A DNA stretch of 53,771 nucleotides, from positions 1-53,771 of the forward strand of contig DYFC01000033.1 in NCBI GenBank assembly GCA_020725385.1, in the 5' to 3' direction. The position numbers were made by a program, and so were the translations under genes. This stretch comes from Nitrospira japonica. Lineage in GTDB: Bacteria; Nitrospirota; Thermodesulfovibrionia; Thermodesulfovibrionales; SM23-35. A model generated the notes under the pieces. That model was not told the origin of the DNA, did not search any database, and saw nothing but the letters and a program-made list of their open reading frames with translations. Every line of letters starts with the position of its first letter. Position 1 is the stretch's first letter. Below, in pieces: positions 1 through 9,970 of the stretch.

Positions 1-140
1 AATTTATTTTTCGATACCTTAGTGTACGTTTAAAGATGATTTGCCATGAACTTTTTTATGTATAACCAAAAAATATCTTTTGATATAAAAATCATCGAGT
101 TAAATAAATTTTTGAGCAATGTCTGCATTTTTTGGGTTAA
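1..140. repeat. MITE-like dispersed repeat, copy 1 (left end cut by window edge)
   Basis: 1..125 aligns ungapped with 53647..53771 at 115/125; right end ...gagcaatgtctgcattttttgggttaa is an imperfect inverted repeat of the left end of the copy at 53603. Confidence 0.8.
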
Positions 141-374
141 ATAAAAATATTTTTTCAGATTACGACAGATTGAAATTGTATAAAATCATAATTAAAAATG
201 TCTTTTATGAAAAGAGATTTTAGATAATATCTAAATAATTATAACTATATTGAATAAATTATATTTTCTTGTTGCTCAAATAAATTTTTATACGCTATAC
301 TTTATGAAAATCTTTAACTTCAAAAATATTGGATGGGTTATTTTTTTGAAATGTTTTAATATGTGGAGGTTTTT

Positions 375-1637
375 GTGCCTTTTTTTGGTGAGCTTTTTGT
401 AAGTGAAATTATTAAAAAACCTGTTTTAGACCCAAAAGGGGAAGAACTTGGAAAAGTTAAGGATATTATTGTTGTAAAAGGAGAACCATTCCCCAAAGTA
501 TCAAATTTAATAATTGACAGGAAGAAAAATCATTATATTCTTTCATGGACAGACCTTAATATTTTCAATAAAAAAATAATCTCCGCAAAGATTTATTCAG
601 AAAGCCTTAATGAATATGATTTCGATGAAAATGATCTTTTAATTGTAAGGGATATTTTTGATAAACAAATTGTTGATGCTAATGGAGCAAAAGTGGTGAG
701 AGTAAATGATGTTAAACTTGAAGGATATGAATCAGAGGCAATACTTGTAGCGGTTGATGTTGGAATGAGAGGTATAATGCGGCGACTTGGAATTGAAAGA
801 GGTGGTGAAGATTTGATGCGCATCTTCAGGAAACATCTTCCATATAATCTTATAAGCTGGAATTATATTCAACCTCTTGAACCAAAATTGACAAATATAT
901 CTCTTACAGTCCCGAGACAGATGGTTTCAGAACTTCACCCTGCTGATATAGCAGAAATAATAAGTCAGGTTTCCCATAAAGAAGGTGCTACGTTTTTCAA
1001 AGAACTCGATGTAGAGACAGCAGCTGAAGCTTTGTCTGAATTACAGCCCGATGTTCAGGTTGAAATAATAAGTGGAATGGAAACAGAAAAAGCAGCGGAT
1101 ATAATCGAAGAAATGCAACCTGATGAAGCTGCAGACGTATTAAGCGATTTACCTGTTGATAAGGCAAAGGAAATTCTTGAACAGATCGAAAAAGAAGAAG
1201 CTCAAGATATTCAGGAACTTCTTAGTCATGAAGAAGACACTGCTGGCGGTATAATGACAAATGTTTACATATCTTATCTGCCTGAAACAACTGTACAGGA
1301 AGCCATTGAGAAATTCAAAAAAGATGCAGAAGAAGTCGAAACAGTTTATTACATTTATGTTATTGATGAAAACGAGAAACTTGTTGGAGTTATATCTTTA
1401 AGGGATTTGTTACTTGCTCCATCTGATGCAAAACTTTCAGACATCATGAAAAGAAAAATAAAGACCGTTACTCCCGAAACCGATGAACAAGAAGTTGCCG
1501 AGATTGTATCTAAATATAACCTTGTTGCTATTCCTGTTATTGATTCAGAGAATTATATGCTCGGAATAGTAACAATAGATGATATTATAGATAGAATTCT
1601 TCCACCTGCTGCAAAACGCAAGAGGAGAAAAGTATGA
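375..1637 (+). CDS. Soluble MgtE-like protein (PRC-barrel + MgtE N-terminal + tandem CBS; no membrane domain)
   Basis: LHPADIAEII, EDTAGGIM, YYIYVID, GIVTIDDIID motifs; no TM region; GTG at 375 preceded by GGAGG (ORF track start 363). Confidence 0.85.
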   Translation: MPFFGELFVSEIIKKPVLDPKGEELGKVKDIIVVKGEPFPKVSNLIIDRKKNHYILSWTDLNIFNKKIISAKIYSESLNEYDFDENDLLIVRDIFDKQIVDANGAKVVRVNDVKLEGYESEAILVAVDVGMRGIMRRLGIERGGEDLMRIFRKHLPYNLISWNYIQPLEPKLTNISLTVPRQMVSELHPADIAEIISQVSHKEGATFFKELDVETAAEALSELQPDVQVEIISGMETEKAADIIEEMQPDEAADVLSDLPVDKAKEILEQIEKEEAQDIQELLSHEEDTAGGIMTNVYISYLPETTVQEAIEKFKKDAEEVETVYYIYVIDENEKLVGVISLRDLLLAPSDAKLSDIMKRKIKTVTPETDEQEVAEIVSKYNLVAIPVIDSENYMLGIVTIDDIIDRILPPAAKRKRRKV

Positions 1638-2878
1638 GCCTCTGGAAAAGGATAACCGTATTTCTTTCAATTATGGGTCCGGGCATAATTACCGCAAATA
1701 TAGACAATGATGCAAGCGGTATAACTACATACTCTGTTGCTGGAGCACATTTTGGTTATTCCCTACTCTGGACATTGATTCCTACTACAATCGCTCTTTT
1801 GGTTATTCAGGAAATGGTTGCAAGAATGGGAGTTGTTACAGGCAAAGGGTTATCAGACTTAATTAGAGAAAACTATGGTGTGAAATCTACATTCTATATG
1901 ATGACAATTCTTTTCATCGCAAATTTCGGAACTACTGTTGCAAATTTTGCAGGTTGGGCAGCAAGCATGGAAATTCTTGGATTCAGTAGATATATTGTTA
2001 TGCCCATCGGAGCTCTGGTTGTATGGTTTCTTGTTGTTAAGGGAAGTTACCGTTTTGTTGAAAAAATTTTGCTCGTTGCCTGTCTTCTTTATTTCGGATA
2101 TGTGCTTTCAGGTTTTATGTCAAAACCAGTATGGTCAGATGTATTTTATAATACATTCATACCAAATATTAAATTTAACACAGAATATATAATGCTAAGC
2201 ATCGCAATTATTGGAACTACCATTACCCCCTGGATGCAATTTTACCTTCAATCATCAATTGCAGAGAAAGGAATTCAAAAAAATGAATATAAGGCATCAA
2301 AAATTGATGTATTTATTGGCTGCAGCATTACAGATATAGTTTCTTTTTTCATTATTGTGACATGCGCTACAACATTATTTGCGCAGGGAATAAGAATAAA
2401 TGAAGCTTCTGAAGCAGCACTTGCTCTTAAACCGCTTGCTGGAAGGTATGCATTCTTAATTTTCGCGGTATGTCTTGCAAATGCTTCAATACTCGGAACA
2501 ATCATTGTTCCTCTGGCTACTTCATATTATATTTGTGAGGCAATGGGTTGGGAGCGCGGGGTTAACAAAACATTCAAAGACGCTCCTCAATTCATGAGTA
2601 TATATACTTTTATGATAGTTATCGGGTCTTTGTTGATCTTAATTCCGGGGGCTCCTCTGGTATTTTTAATGGTACTATCATCTTTACTTAATGGAATACT
2701 CTTACCTTTTGTTCTTATATACGCAATTTCACTCGTTAATAATAAAAAACTAATGGGAGATTTTGTTAATCCAAGATCGTACAATATAATTTCCTGGAGT
2801 ACAGTAGTTGTCCTTATTATATTGACAACTGCATTTATTGTATCTTTTATTATTCCATTGGGGTCATTATATGGTTAA
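1634..2878 (+). CDS. Nramp-family divalent metal transporter, NRMT/Mg2+-type subgroup
   Basis: [35 protein letters not shown] and GTTITPW motifs; multi-TM; ATGA overlap with upstream gene. Confidence 0.85.
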   Translation: MSLWKRITVFLSIMGPGIITANIDNDASGITTYSVAGAHFGYSLLWTLIPTTIALLVIQEMVARMGVVTGKGLSDLIRENYGVKSTFYMMTILFIANFGTTVANFAGWAASMEILGFSRYIVMPIGALVVWFLVVKGSYRFVEKILLVACLLYFGYVLSGFMSKPVWSDVFYNTFIPNIKFNTEYIMLSIAIIGTTITPWMQFYLQSSIAEKGIQKNEYKASKIDVFIGCSITDIVSFFIIVTCATTLFAQGIRINEASEAALALKPLAGRYAFLIFAVCLANASILGTIIVPLATSYYICEAMGWERGVNKTFKDAPQFMSIYTFMIVIGSLLILIPGAPLVFLMVLSSLLNGILLPFVLIYAISLVNNKKLMGDFVNPRSYNIISWSTVVVLIILTTAFIVSFIIPLGSLYG

Positions 2879-3953
2879 AGCTATTGAATGGATTAATGGC
2901 AAAGTTATAATGCTCGACCAGAGCAAACTTCCTCTTGAAGTTTCTTACATTGAATGCACCGATTATCATAAGGTTGCTGAAGGCATCAGAAAATTATGGA
3001 TAAGAGGTGCTCCTGCAATAGGTATTGCAGCAGCAATGGGCATTGCAATGGCTGCGCAGGACATTATTGCAAAAAGTGTAAAGGATATCGAAAAAGGTCT
3101 TGAACCTGTTTTTTCTGAAATGCTCACTACCCGTCCTACTGCTGTGAATATAAAATGGGCTGTAAACAGAATGAAGAACTTAATTGGAAAAATGAAAGAC
3201 ACCAACCCTGAAACCTTAAAGGAAATATTAATTAAAGAAGCCAATAATATTTTGAATGAAGATATAGAAGTTAATAAAGCAATCGGAAAATGGGGCGCTG
3301 AATTTATAAAAGATGGTGATACAATTCTGACTCATTGTAATGCAGGTGCTCTTGCAACCGGTGGATATGGTACGGCAACTGCACCAATGTTAATCGCAAA
3401 GCAACAGGGTAAAAGAATTCATGTTTTTGCTGATGAGACCCGTCCTGTTCTTCAGGGAGCAAGATTAACTTCATGGGAACTTATGCAGGAAGGGATACCT
3501 GTAACTTTGATTACTGATAATACTGCAGGAGCACTGATGAAAAAAGGTGAGATTAATCTTGCGATTGTAGGCACTGATAGGACTGTAAGAAACGGAGATG
3601 TTGCGAATAAAATTGGAACTTATACAGTTGCGGTTCTTTGTAAAGAAAACAGAATACCATTTTATGTTGCTGCACCTTTAAGCAGTATTGATTTTTCACT
3701 TAAATCGGGGGATGAGATACCGATAGAAGAAAGATCTCCAGAGGAGGTAACACATATTTTTGGAAAATGTCAGATAGCTCCAGATGGTGTTAATGTAAGA
3801 AATATTGCTTTTGATGTCACTCCGCATAAATATGTTACAGCAATCTTTACTGAAAAGGGTGCTTTTAGACCAAAAAATATAAAATACTTAATGAAAAATG
3901 ATTTTGAGTTAAGTAAAATAAGGCTTAATCCATCTGAACTTGACTTTAAATGA
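2871..3953 (+). CDS. mtnA: S-methyl-5-thioribose-1-phosphate isomerase
   Basis: [45 protein letters not shown] motifs; likely ATG 2871. Confidence 0.95.
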   Translation: MVKAIEWINGKVIMLDQSKLPLEVSYIECTDYHKVAEGIRKLWIRGAPAIGIAAAMGIAMAAQDIIAKSVKDIEKGLEPVFSEMLTTRPTAVNIKWAVNRMKNLIGKMKDTNPETLKEILIKEANNILNEDIEVNKAIGKWGAEFIKDGDTILTHCNAGALATGGYGTATAPMLIAKQQGKRIHVFADETRPVLQGARLTSWELMQEGIPVTLITDNTAGALMKKGEINLAIVGTDRTVRNGDVANKIGTYTVAVLCKENRIPFYVAAPLSSIDFSLKSGDEIPIEERSPEEVTHIFGKCQIAPDGVNVRNIAFDVTPHKYVTAIFTEKGAFRPKNIKYLMKNDFELSKIRLNPSELDFK

Positions 3954-3974
3954 TTAGCTTTTCTACCATTAATA

Positions 3975-4946
3975 ATGAATCTTGATGATATTTTTTTTAA
4001 ATACGAAGAAGATCTTAAAAAAGTTGAAAATAGCCTCCTAAGTCTTTTTGATAGTAATGTATTAGCAATTCCACTGATCGGCAAACATATTCTCGATGGT
4101 GGAGGTAAAAGACTTAGGCCCCTAATTCTTCTACTAAGCGCGGAATTAGCTGAGTGCAGTAATGATGCAAGATATACGCTTGCTGGAATTATCGAATCAA
4201 TTCATACAGCATCCCTTCTCCATGATGACGTAATAGATGGTGCAGAGATAAGAAGAGGACGCAAACCTGCCCATACAATATGGGGCAATCAAATAGTAAT
4301 TCTTGTTGGTGATTTTCTATACTCAAATGCATTAAGAATTGCTGTTCTTCAAAAAAGTCAGAAAATAATGGAGTCCCTATCAGAAGCAACTACTAAGATG
4401 ACTGAAGCTGAAATACTTCAAATGTCAAAAACAGCGGATCCGGAAATAACCGAAGAAGAATACATGAATATCATTTCCGGAAAAACCGCTGCCCTTATTT
4501 CCTCGGCATGCAGAATTGGAGCGATACTTGGTTCGATGCCTGAAGAAAAAGAAGATGCTCTCGCAAATTTTGGTATGAAGACAGGAATTGCTTTTCAAAT
4601 GGCAGATGATATACTTGATTATATGGCAGATGAAGAAGAACTCGGCAAACAACTCGGTAAAGACCTTAAAGAAGGTAAAATAACACTTCCTTTAATTTAT
4701 CTTCTTAAAAATTCTTCAAGTAATGAATTGGAAGAGATAAAAGAAATTATTAAAGGCAATTTCAAGAAAAACGGCCTTAAAAAAATACTAAAACTTTTCA
4801 AAAAATATGACTCAATTGAATTATCTATGAAAAAAGCCCGTGAGATAGTAGAAAATGCAAAAAACGAATTACGGATTTTTCCTGACTCTCAAGCAAAGGA
4901 AGCCCTTTTTACAATTGCAGATTATACTTTATTAAGAAAGAAATAA
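3975..4946 (+). CDS. Long-chain polyprenyl diphosphate synthase (IspB/HepT-like)
   Basis: GGKRLRP, LHDDVID..RRG, KTA and FQMADDILD motifs. Confidence 0.92.
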   Translation: MNLDDIFFKYEEDLKKVENSLLSLFDSNVLAIPLIGKHILDGGGKRLRPLILLLSAELAECSNDARYTLAGIIESIHTASLLHDDVIDGAEIRRGRKPAHTIWGNQIVILVGDFLYSNALRIAVLQKSQKIMESLSEATTKMTEAEILQMSKTADPEITEEEYMNIISGKTAALISSACRIGAILGSMPEEKEDALANFGMKTGIAFQMADDILDYMADEEELGKQLGKDLKEGKITLPLIYLLKNSSSNELEEIKEIIKGNFKKNGLKKILKLFKKYDSIELSMKKAREIVENAKNELRIFPDSQAKEALFTIADYTLLRKK

Positions 4947-5453
4947 ATGCATCCTGTTGTATTACTTGCAAAAAAAAGTATTGAAGAATATATAAAAAAT
5001 GGCAAGATAATCGAGCCTCCAGAAGAACTGATTCCCGAGATTAAAGGCCAAGCTGGTGTCTTTGTATCCTTAAAGAAAAAAGGACAACTAAGGGGCTGTA
5101 TTGGAACTTTTATGCCTTCATATGATTCAGTAGCAAAAGAAATAATTATGAATGCAATAGCTGCTGCTACCAGAGACCCGCGTTTTCCTTCTGTAAGAGA
5201 ATCAGAGCTTAATGAAATAACCTATTCGGTTGATATACTTTCAGCACCGGAAAAAGTTAATCATTTGAATGAATTAGATCCAAAAAAATACGGTATAATT
5301 GTTATAAGCGGTATGAAGAAAGGTCTGCTACTGCCTGATCTGGAAGGTGTAAATACAATTGAAGAACAAATTAATATAGCAAAGATGAAAGCAGGTATAG
5401 ATTATGGAGACCCTGTAGATATTTACCGTTTTGAGGTAAGGAGATACAAATGA
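4947..5453 (+). CDS. amrA: AMMECR1-domain protein (AmmeMemoRadiSam protein A)
   Basis: [34 protein letters not shown] motifs. Confidence 0.9.
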   Translation: MHPVVLLAKKSIEEYIKNGKIIEPPEELIPEIKGQAGVFVSLKKKGQLRGCIGTFMPSYDSVAKEIIMNAIAAATRDPRFPSVRESELNEITYSVDILSAPEKVNHLNELDPKKYGIIVISGMKKGLLLPDLEGVNTIEEQINIAKMKAGIDYGDPVDIYRFEVRRYK

Positions 5454-6856
5454 ATGAAATACCTTTGTCCGGAAATATTAAAGACATAGGACTTCCAAAA
5501 ATTTTAATAAACCTTAATAGAAATAGAAAAACAGGCACTTTAACAATAAAAAATCCTGTTTTCACAAAAAAAGTTTTTTTTGTGAAAGGAGATGCTGTAT
5601 TTGCTTCTTCTACTTATGAAGATGACCGTCTTGGAGAAATGCTTCTTAAATCAGGAAAAATAACTCTTGAACAATATGATAAATCTGTTGAATTGCTTAA
5701 AAAAACAGGTAAAAGACAGGGTGCTATTCTCGTTGAACTTGGATATATCACACCAAAGGATTTGTTTAACGGGGTCAAATATCAGGTAAAAGAAATAATT
5801 TACAGCCTTTTCTTAATTGAAAATGGTGAGTATGAATTCATTGAAGAACTACCCAAAGACGAAGTAATAACTCTCAAAATGAGCATGGGTAATCTTATTT
5901 ATGAAGGTGTTAAAAGAATTGACAACTGGACAAGAATAAAAAGGGAAATGCCTTCGCTTGATACTGTTCTTATTTTAAGCGATGACCCTCTATCAATATT
6001 TCAGGATATTGAGTTAAGCTCTCAAGATAGAAAAATGCTTTCTATTATCGATGGAACTAAAACTATTAAAGAGTTAATTAACAATGCGTGGATTAGTTCA
6101 TTCGAAGCAATGAAAATTTTATATTTTTTATTGTCAATTAAAGTGCTCGAAGAAAAAAGTATTGAAGAAAAACCCGAGGTATTAAAAGAAATCTCGGTTG
6201 AAGAAATTCTTCAACCTGTTTTTGAAGATGAAAGCACCTTTATTAATAAAGTTGACAATATGTATTCAAGAATTTCATTTGCAACCCCGGAAGAAATCCT
6301 TGAGGTTGAAAGTGGAACAGATATTGAAATAATTAAAAAGAATTATTATCGTCTATCAAAAGAATTTCATCCTGACAGACAATATGGATCAACAGATCCT
6401 TCCTTAAAAGATAAATTGGAAGCTATATTCAATACTATAAACAAGGCATATGAAACATTAATCAAAGATAGTAAAAATCTTAGATCATCGATTTCTTACA
6501 AGGAAAACGCCGATAAATATTTCAAACAGGCTGTAGTTGATTTTAAGAAATCTGACTATAAAACAGCAGCAGAATATTTCAGAAAAGCTATCTTTGAAGA
6601 CCCTTCAAATGCAAAATACTGGAGTCATCTTGCTCTTGCTCTTTCTTATAATCCTGAAAATTTTAAAGATGCTGAGCAAGCCTTATTAAAAGCTATTGAT
6701 CTTGAACCTAATAATTCAGACCATTATGCAAATCTTGGTTTGTTACATGCAAAACAAGGAATTCTACAAAAAGCCCGCATAGCTTTTGAACATGCATTAA
6801 AGATTAATCCAGACAATCTAAGAGCAAAAAAGGGATTGCAGAATATAAAAAAGTAA
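5450..6856 (+). CDS. DUF4388-like + J-domain + TPR protein
   Basis: N-terminal [22 protein letters not shown]; RLGEMLL; J-domain FHPDR; C-terminal TPRs. Confidence 0.8.
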   Translation: MNEIPLSGNIKDIGLPKILINLNRNRKTGTLTIKNPVFTKKVFFVKGDAVFASSTYEDDRLGEMLLKSGKITLEQYDKSVELLKKTGKRQGAILVELGYITPKDLFNGVKYQVKEIIYSLFLIENGEYEFIEELPKDEVITLKMSMGNLIYEGVKRIDNWTRIKREMPSLDTVLILSDDPLSIFQDIELSSQDRKMLSIIDGTKTIKELINNAWISSFEAMKILYFLLSIKVLEEKSIEEKPEVLKEISVEEILQPVFEDESTFINKVDNMYSRISFATPEEILEVESGTDIEIIKKNYYRLSKEFHPDRQYGSTDPSLKDKLEAIFNTINKAYETLIKDSKNLRSSISYKENADKYFKQAVVDFKKSDYKTAAEYFRKAIFEDPSNAKYWSHLALALSYNPENFKDAEQALLKAIDLEPNNSDHYANLGLLHAKQGILQKARIAFEHALKINPDNLRAKKGLQNIKK

Positions 6857-6922
6857 TCCATTTTCCGTAAGACGTATTCCATTATATGTATTAAAAACGG
6901 ACACGTGGAACAGTTTTTAAGT

Positions 6923-6947
6923 GCGATGTCTGCACTTTTAGAATTAG
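6923..6947. repeat. Decayed end of the MITE-like repeat
   Basis: gcgatgtctgcacttttagaattag matches 116..140 at 19/25; terminal TTA coincides with the moaC stop codon. Confidence 0.4.
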
Positions 6948-7429
6948 TCGTCTTTTTTCCTTTTATATGTCCCGCTTTTTCCACCATATTTTTCAAGGAG
7001 CATAATTTCTGAAATTATCATGTCTTTATCAACAGCTTTACACATGTCATAAATAGTTAAAGAAGCAACGGATACCGCTATTAGAGCTTCCATCTCAACA
7101 CCTGTTTGGCCTGTCACCTTTACTTCAGAAACTATTTTTATTCTTTTATTTTTCTTTTCAGGGAAAAAATCGACACTTATAGAAGTGATATTAAGCGGAT
7201 GGCAAAGTGGAATTAATTCCCATGTTTTTTTTGCTGCCGCAATTCCAGCAATACGTGCAACCGAAAACACATCTCCTTTTGGTATCTTTCCATCAAGTAT
7301 AAGTCTAAGAGTCTTGGGTTTTAGATATATCAAACCAGAAGCGATAGCTCTTCTTTCAGAAGATGGTTTCTGAGTAACATCAACCATCCTTGCCCTTCCC
7401 TGCTCATCTATATGTGTTAGCTTTCTCAT
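6944..7429 (-). CDS. moaC: Cyclic pyranopterin monophosphate synthase
   Basis: [40 protein letters not shown]. Confidence 0.97.
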   Translation of the reverse strand: MRKLTHIDEQGRARMVDVTQKPSSERRAIASGLIYLKPKTLRLILDGKIPKGDVFSVARIAGIAAAKKTWELIPLCHPLNITSISVDFFPEKKNKRIKIVSEVKVTGQTGVEMEALIAVSVASLTIYDMCKAVDKDMIISEIMLLEKYGGKSGTYKRKKDD

Positions 7430-7437
7430 AAAATATT

Positions 7438-7524
7438 TGGTGCCGAAGGCGGGATTTGAACCCGCACGGCCTCGCGACCACTAGACCCTGAACCTAGCGC
7501 GTCTGCCAGTTCCGCCACTTCGGC
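7438..7524 (-). tRNA. tRNA-Leu (anticodon CAG)
   Basis: Minus strand GCCGAAGTGGCGGAACTGGCAGACGCG-CTAGG TT CAG GG TCTAG-long variable arm-GGTTCAAATCC..TTCGGCACCA. Confidence 0.97.
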
Positions 7525-7587
7525 AACTAAATATAATATTATACGTTGGCATTTAAAAAAAAGCACTATTTATGGTATTGTTTATAT

Positions 7588-8694
7588 ATGCGTAAGGGTT
7601 TAAAAATATTTCTGGTATTTTTATTAATAGTCGTTATCGCTGCTTCTGTAATTATTCCTTTTCTAATAAAAAATTCAAATAAAATCGTAAAACAAAAACT
7701 TGAGAGCTTTCTTGGAAAAGATTTCTCTGTTAAAGAGCTCAAACTGAAATGGAATGAAGTTGAAGCCATTGATGTCAACTATAGAAATCCAGAAGGGAGA
7801 ATAGTTTTTAGCGCTGATAGTATGAAGATGAAAGCTGATTTAACAAGTATATTAAAAAAAGAATATAATGTCTCTGATCTTACATTAGTTAATCCATACA
7901 TTAAGCTCGAGACAGATGAAAAAGGAAATCTAAAACTTCCTTTCCACTCAAGAAAGGATAAAGAAGAAAAAAAAGATTCACCCCCTTTGCTTATTCAGAA
8001 AATACATATCATAAATGGTTCTATAGATTATCTTGATGAAAAGGTTGACGGAGAACCTGTCTTAACACAGTTAAGAAACATTGAACTTGAATCCGAAAAC
8101 CTGCTTTTTCCACTACAGGATAATTTCTCATCTTATCACTTCTCAGCAAAGATTACTGGTAAATTAAACGCTGGAGTTATCAAAAGCGAAGGAAATATCA
8201 ATTTAAAAACACTTGATATGGACTCAAAAGTTTCAGCACAGGATCTTGATATTACTCATTTTAAACCCTACTACCAGAAGAAAAATAATGTTAATGTTAA
8301 AAAAGGAAATATTGATATTAAAATGGATTTAAAGATAAATTCAGGAAATATATATGCTCCGGGCAAAATTGTTCTTAAAAACCTTATATTAGAAAAAAGT
8401 AGAGGTATAACGGGATTTTTCTTAAGCCTTCCATCTGACGCAGTTCTTAGCTTCCTTAAAGATAATAAAGGTAGAATCTCTTTTGATTTCATACTTGAAG
8501 GCAATCTAACCGACCCTGAATTTAACATACGTGAAAGTCTTGTAGAGAAAATAGCTTATGGAATGGCGCAAAAATTAGGAGTGCCTGTTGCTGACATTGG
8601 TAAATCAATTGTTATTGCTGGAACAAAAGGCGTTAAACAAATCGGCAAAGAAGCAGAAAATATAAGCAGTGGTATTAAAAAAATCATAAAGTAA
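7588..8694 (+). CDS. DUF748/AsmA-like protein
   Basis: N-terminal TM anchor, beta-rich body, C-terminal GNLTDPEF motif; ATG 7588 preferred. Confidence 0.75.
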   Translation: MRKGLKIFLVFLLIVVIAASVIIPFLIKNSNKIVKQKLESFLGKDFSVKELKLKWNEVEAIDVNYRNPEGRIVFSADSMKMKADLTSILKKEYNVSDLTLVNPYIKLETDEKGNLKLPFHSRKDKEEKKDSPPLLIQKIHIINGSIDYLDEKVDGEPVLTQLRNIELESENLLFPLQDNFSSYHFSAKITGKLNAGVIKSEGNINLKTLDMDSKVSAQDLDITHFKPYYQKKNNVNVKKGNIDIKMDLKINSGNIYAPGKIVLKNLILEKSRGITGFFLSLPSDAVLSFLKDNKGRISFDFILEGNLTDPEFNIRESLVEKIAYGMAQKLGVPVADIGKSIVIAGTKGVKQIGKEAENISSGIKKIIK

Positions 8695-8728
8695 TTATAA
8701 CCTTTAAAAATCCTTATCAATCATATCA

Positions 8729-9970
8729 ATGGAGCTATTTAAAGAAAAAGAGAAATCCGATATAAAACCCCCGCTTGCTTATAGAATGAGTCCCCGTTCC
8801 CTTGATGAATATATAGGACAGGAACATATTCTTGGTTACGGGAAACTTTTAAGACGTTCTATTGAAGCTGATAGAATAAATTCAATTATATTATATGGAC
8901 CGCCCGGTACAGGTAAGACTGCACTTGCAAGAGTTATAGCTCAGAAGACAAATTCACACTTTGAGTGGCTAAACGCAGCAACTATAGGACTTGATGAAAT
9001 AAGAAAAGCAATTCAGCAAGCAAGAAACAGAAAGACAAAAGGAATTAAAACTATTTTATTTCTTGATGAGATACATCGTTTCAACAAACTTCAGCAAGAT
9101 GCTTTATTACCTGATGTCGAGGAAGGAAATATAATACTTATTGCTGCAACTGTAGAAAACCCATTTTTTTATGTTAACTCGGCATTGCTTTCGAGAAGTC
9201 AGATATTTGAATTAAAACCACTATCAGAAAACAATCTCATTGAAATTTTAAAATTTGCACTTAATGACAAAGAAAGAGGGTTCGGACATTTATCTATTAA
9301 TTTAGATGAATCTGCACTAAAACATATTGCCAAAATGTCTGACGGTGATGCAAGAAAAGCTTTATCAGCTCTTGAGATTGCAGTACTTACAACACCTCCT
9401 GACAGAGAAGGCAAAATAAATATCTCTCTTGAAATTGCTGAAGAATCCATTCAGAAAAAAGCGGTTGTTTATGATAAAAAAGGTGATCAGCATTATGATA
9501 TAATATCAGCTTTCATAAAAAGTATGAGAGGCTCTGACCCTGATGCTGCTATTTATTATCTTGCCAAGATGCTTTACGCAGGTGAAGATCCGAGATTTAT
9601 TGCAAGAAGAATTGTAATATGTGCTTCAGAAGATGTTGGCAATGCTGATCCAATGGCATTGGTTGTTGCCATATCAGCATTGCGTGCTGTAGAATTTGTC
9701 GGTATGCCTGAGGCCAGAATACCATTAGCACAGGCAGTAATATATGTAGCAAAGGCTCCAAAAAGCAACGCTTGTTACAAAGCCATAGAATCTGCATGGA
9801 AAGATATAGAAACAGAAGAGACAATGGAAGTGCCTGATCATCTAAAAGATAGCCATTACTCTGGCGCAAAAAAACTCGGACATGGAAAAGGTTATAAATA
9901 TCCCCATGATTACGGTGGATATGTTGAGCAGGATTATCTGAAAAAGAAAAGGAAATACTATGAACCATGA
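8729..9970 (+). CDS. rarA: Replication-associated recombination protein A (MgsA/RarA AAA+ ATPase)
   Basis: GPPGTGKT, LDEIHRFNK.QQD, SAFIKSMRGSDPDAA, SEDVGNADP, YKYPHD. Confidence 0.96.
   Translation: MELFKEKEKSDIKPPLAYRMSPRSLDEYIGQEHILGYGKLLRRSIEADRINSIILYGPPGTGKTALARVIAQKTNSHFEWLNAATIGLDEIRKAIQQARNRKTKGIKTILFLDEIHRFNKLQQDALLPDVEEGNIILIAATVENPFFYVNSALLSRSQIFELKPLSENNLIEILKFALNDKERGFGHLSINLDESALKHIAKMSDGDARKALSALEIAVLTTPPDREGKINISLEIAEESIQKKAVVYDKKGDQHYDIISAFIKSMRGSDPDAAIYYLAKMLYAGEDPRFIARRIVICASEDVGNADPMALVVAISALRAVEFVGMPEARIPLAQAVIYVAKAPKSNACYKAIESAWKDIETEETMEVPDHLKDSHYSGAKKLGHGKGYKYPHDYGGYVEQDYLKKKRKYYEP

Noticed and set aside
141-374. M-box or yybP riboswitch upstream of the Mg-transport genes
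   Set aside because: Extremely AT-rich, with no recognisable conserved motifs or stable stems; an Rfam scan would be decisive.
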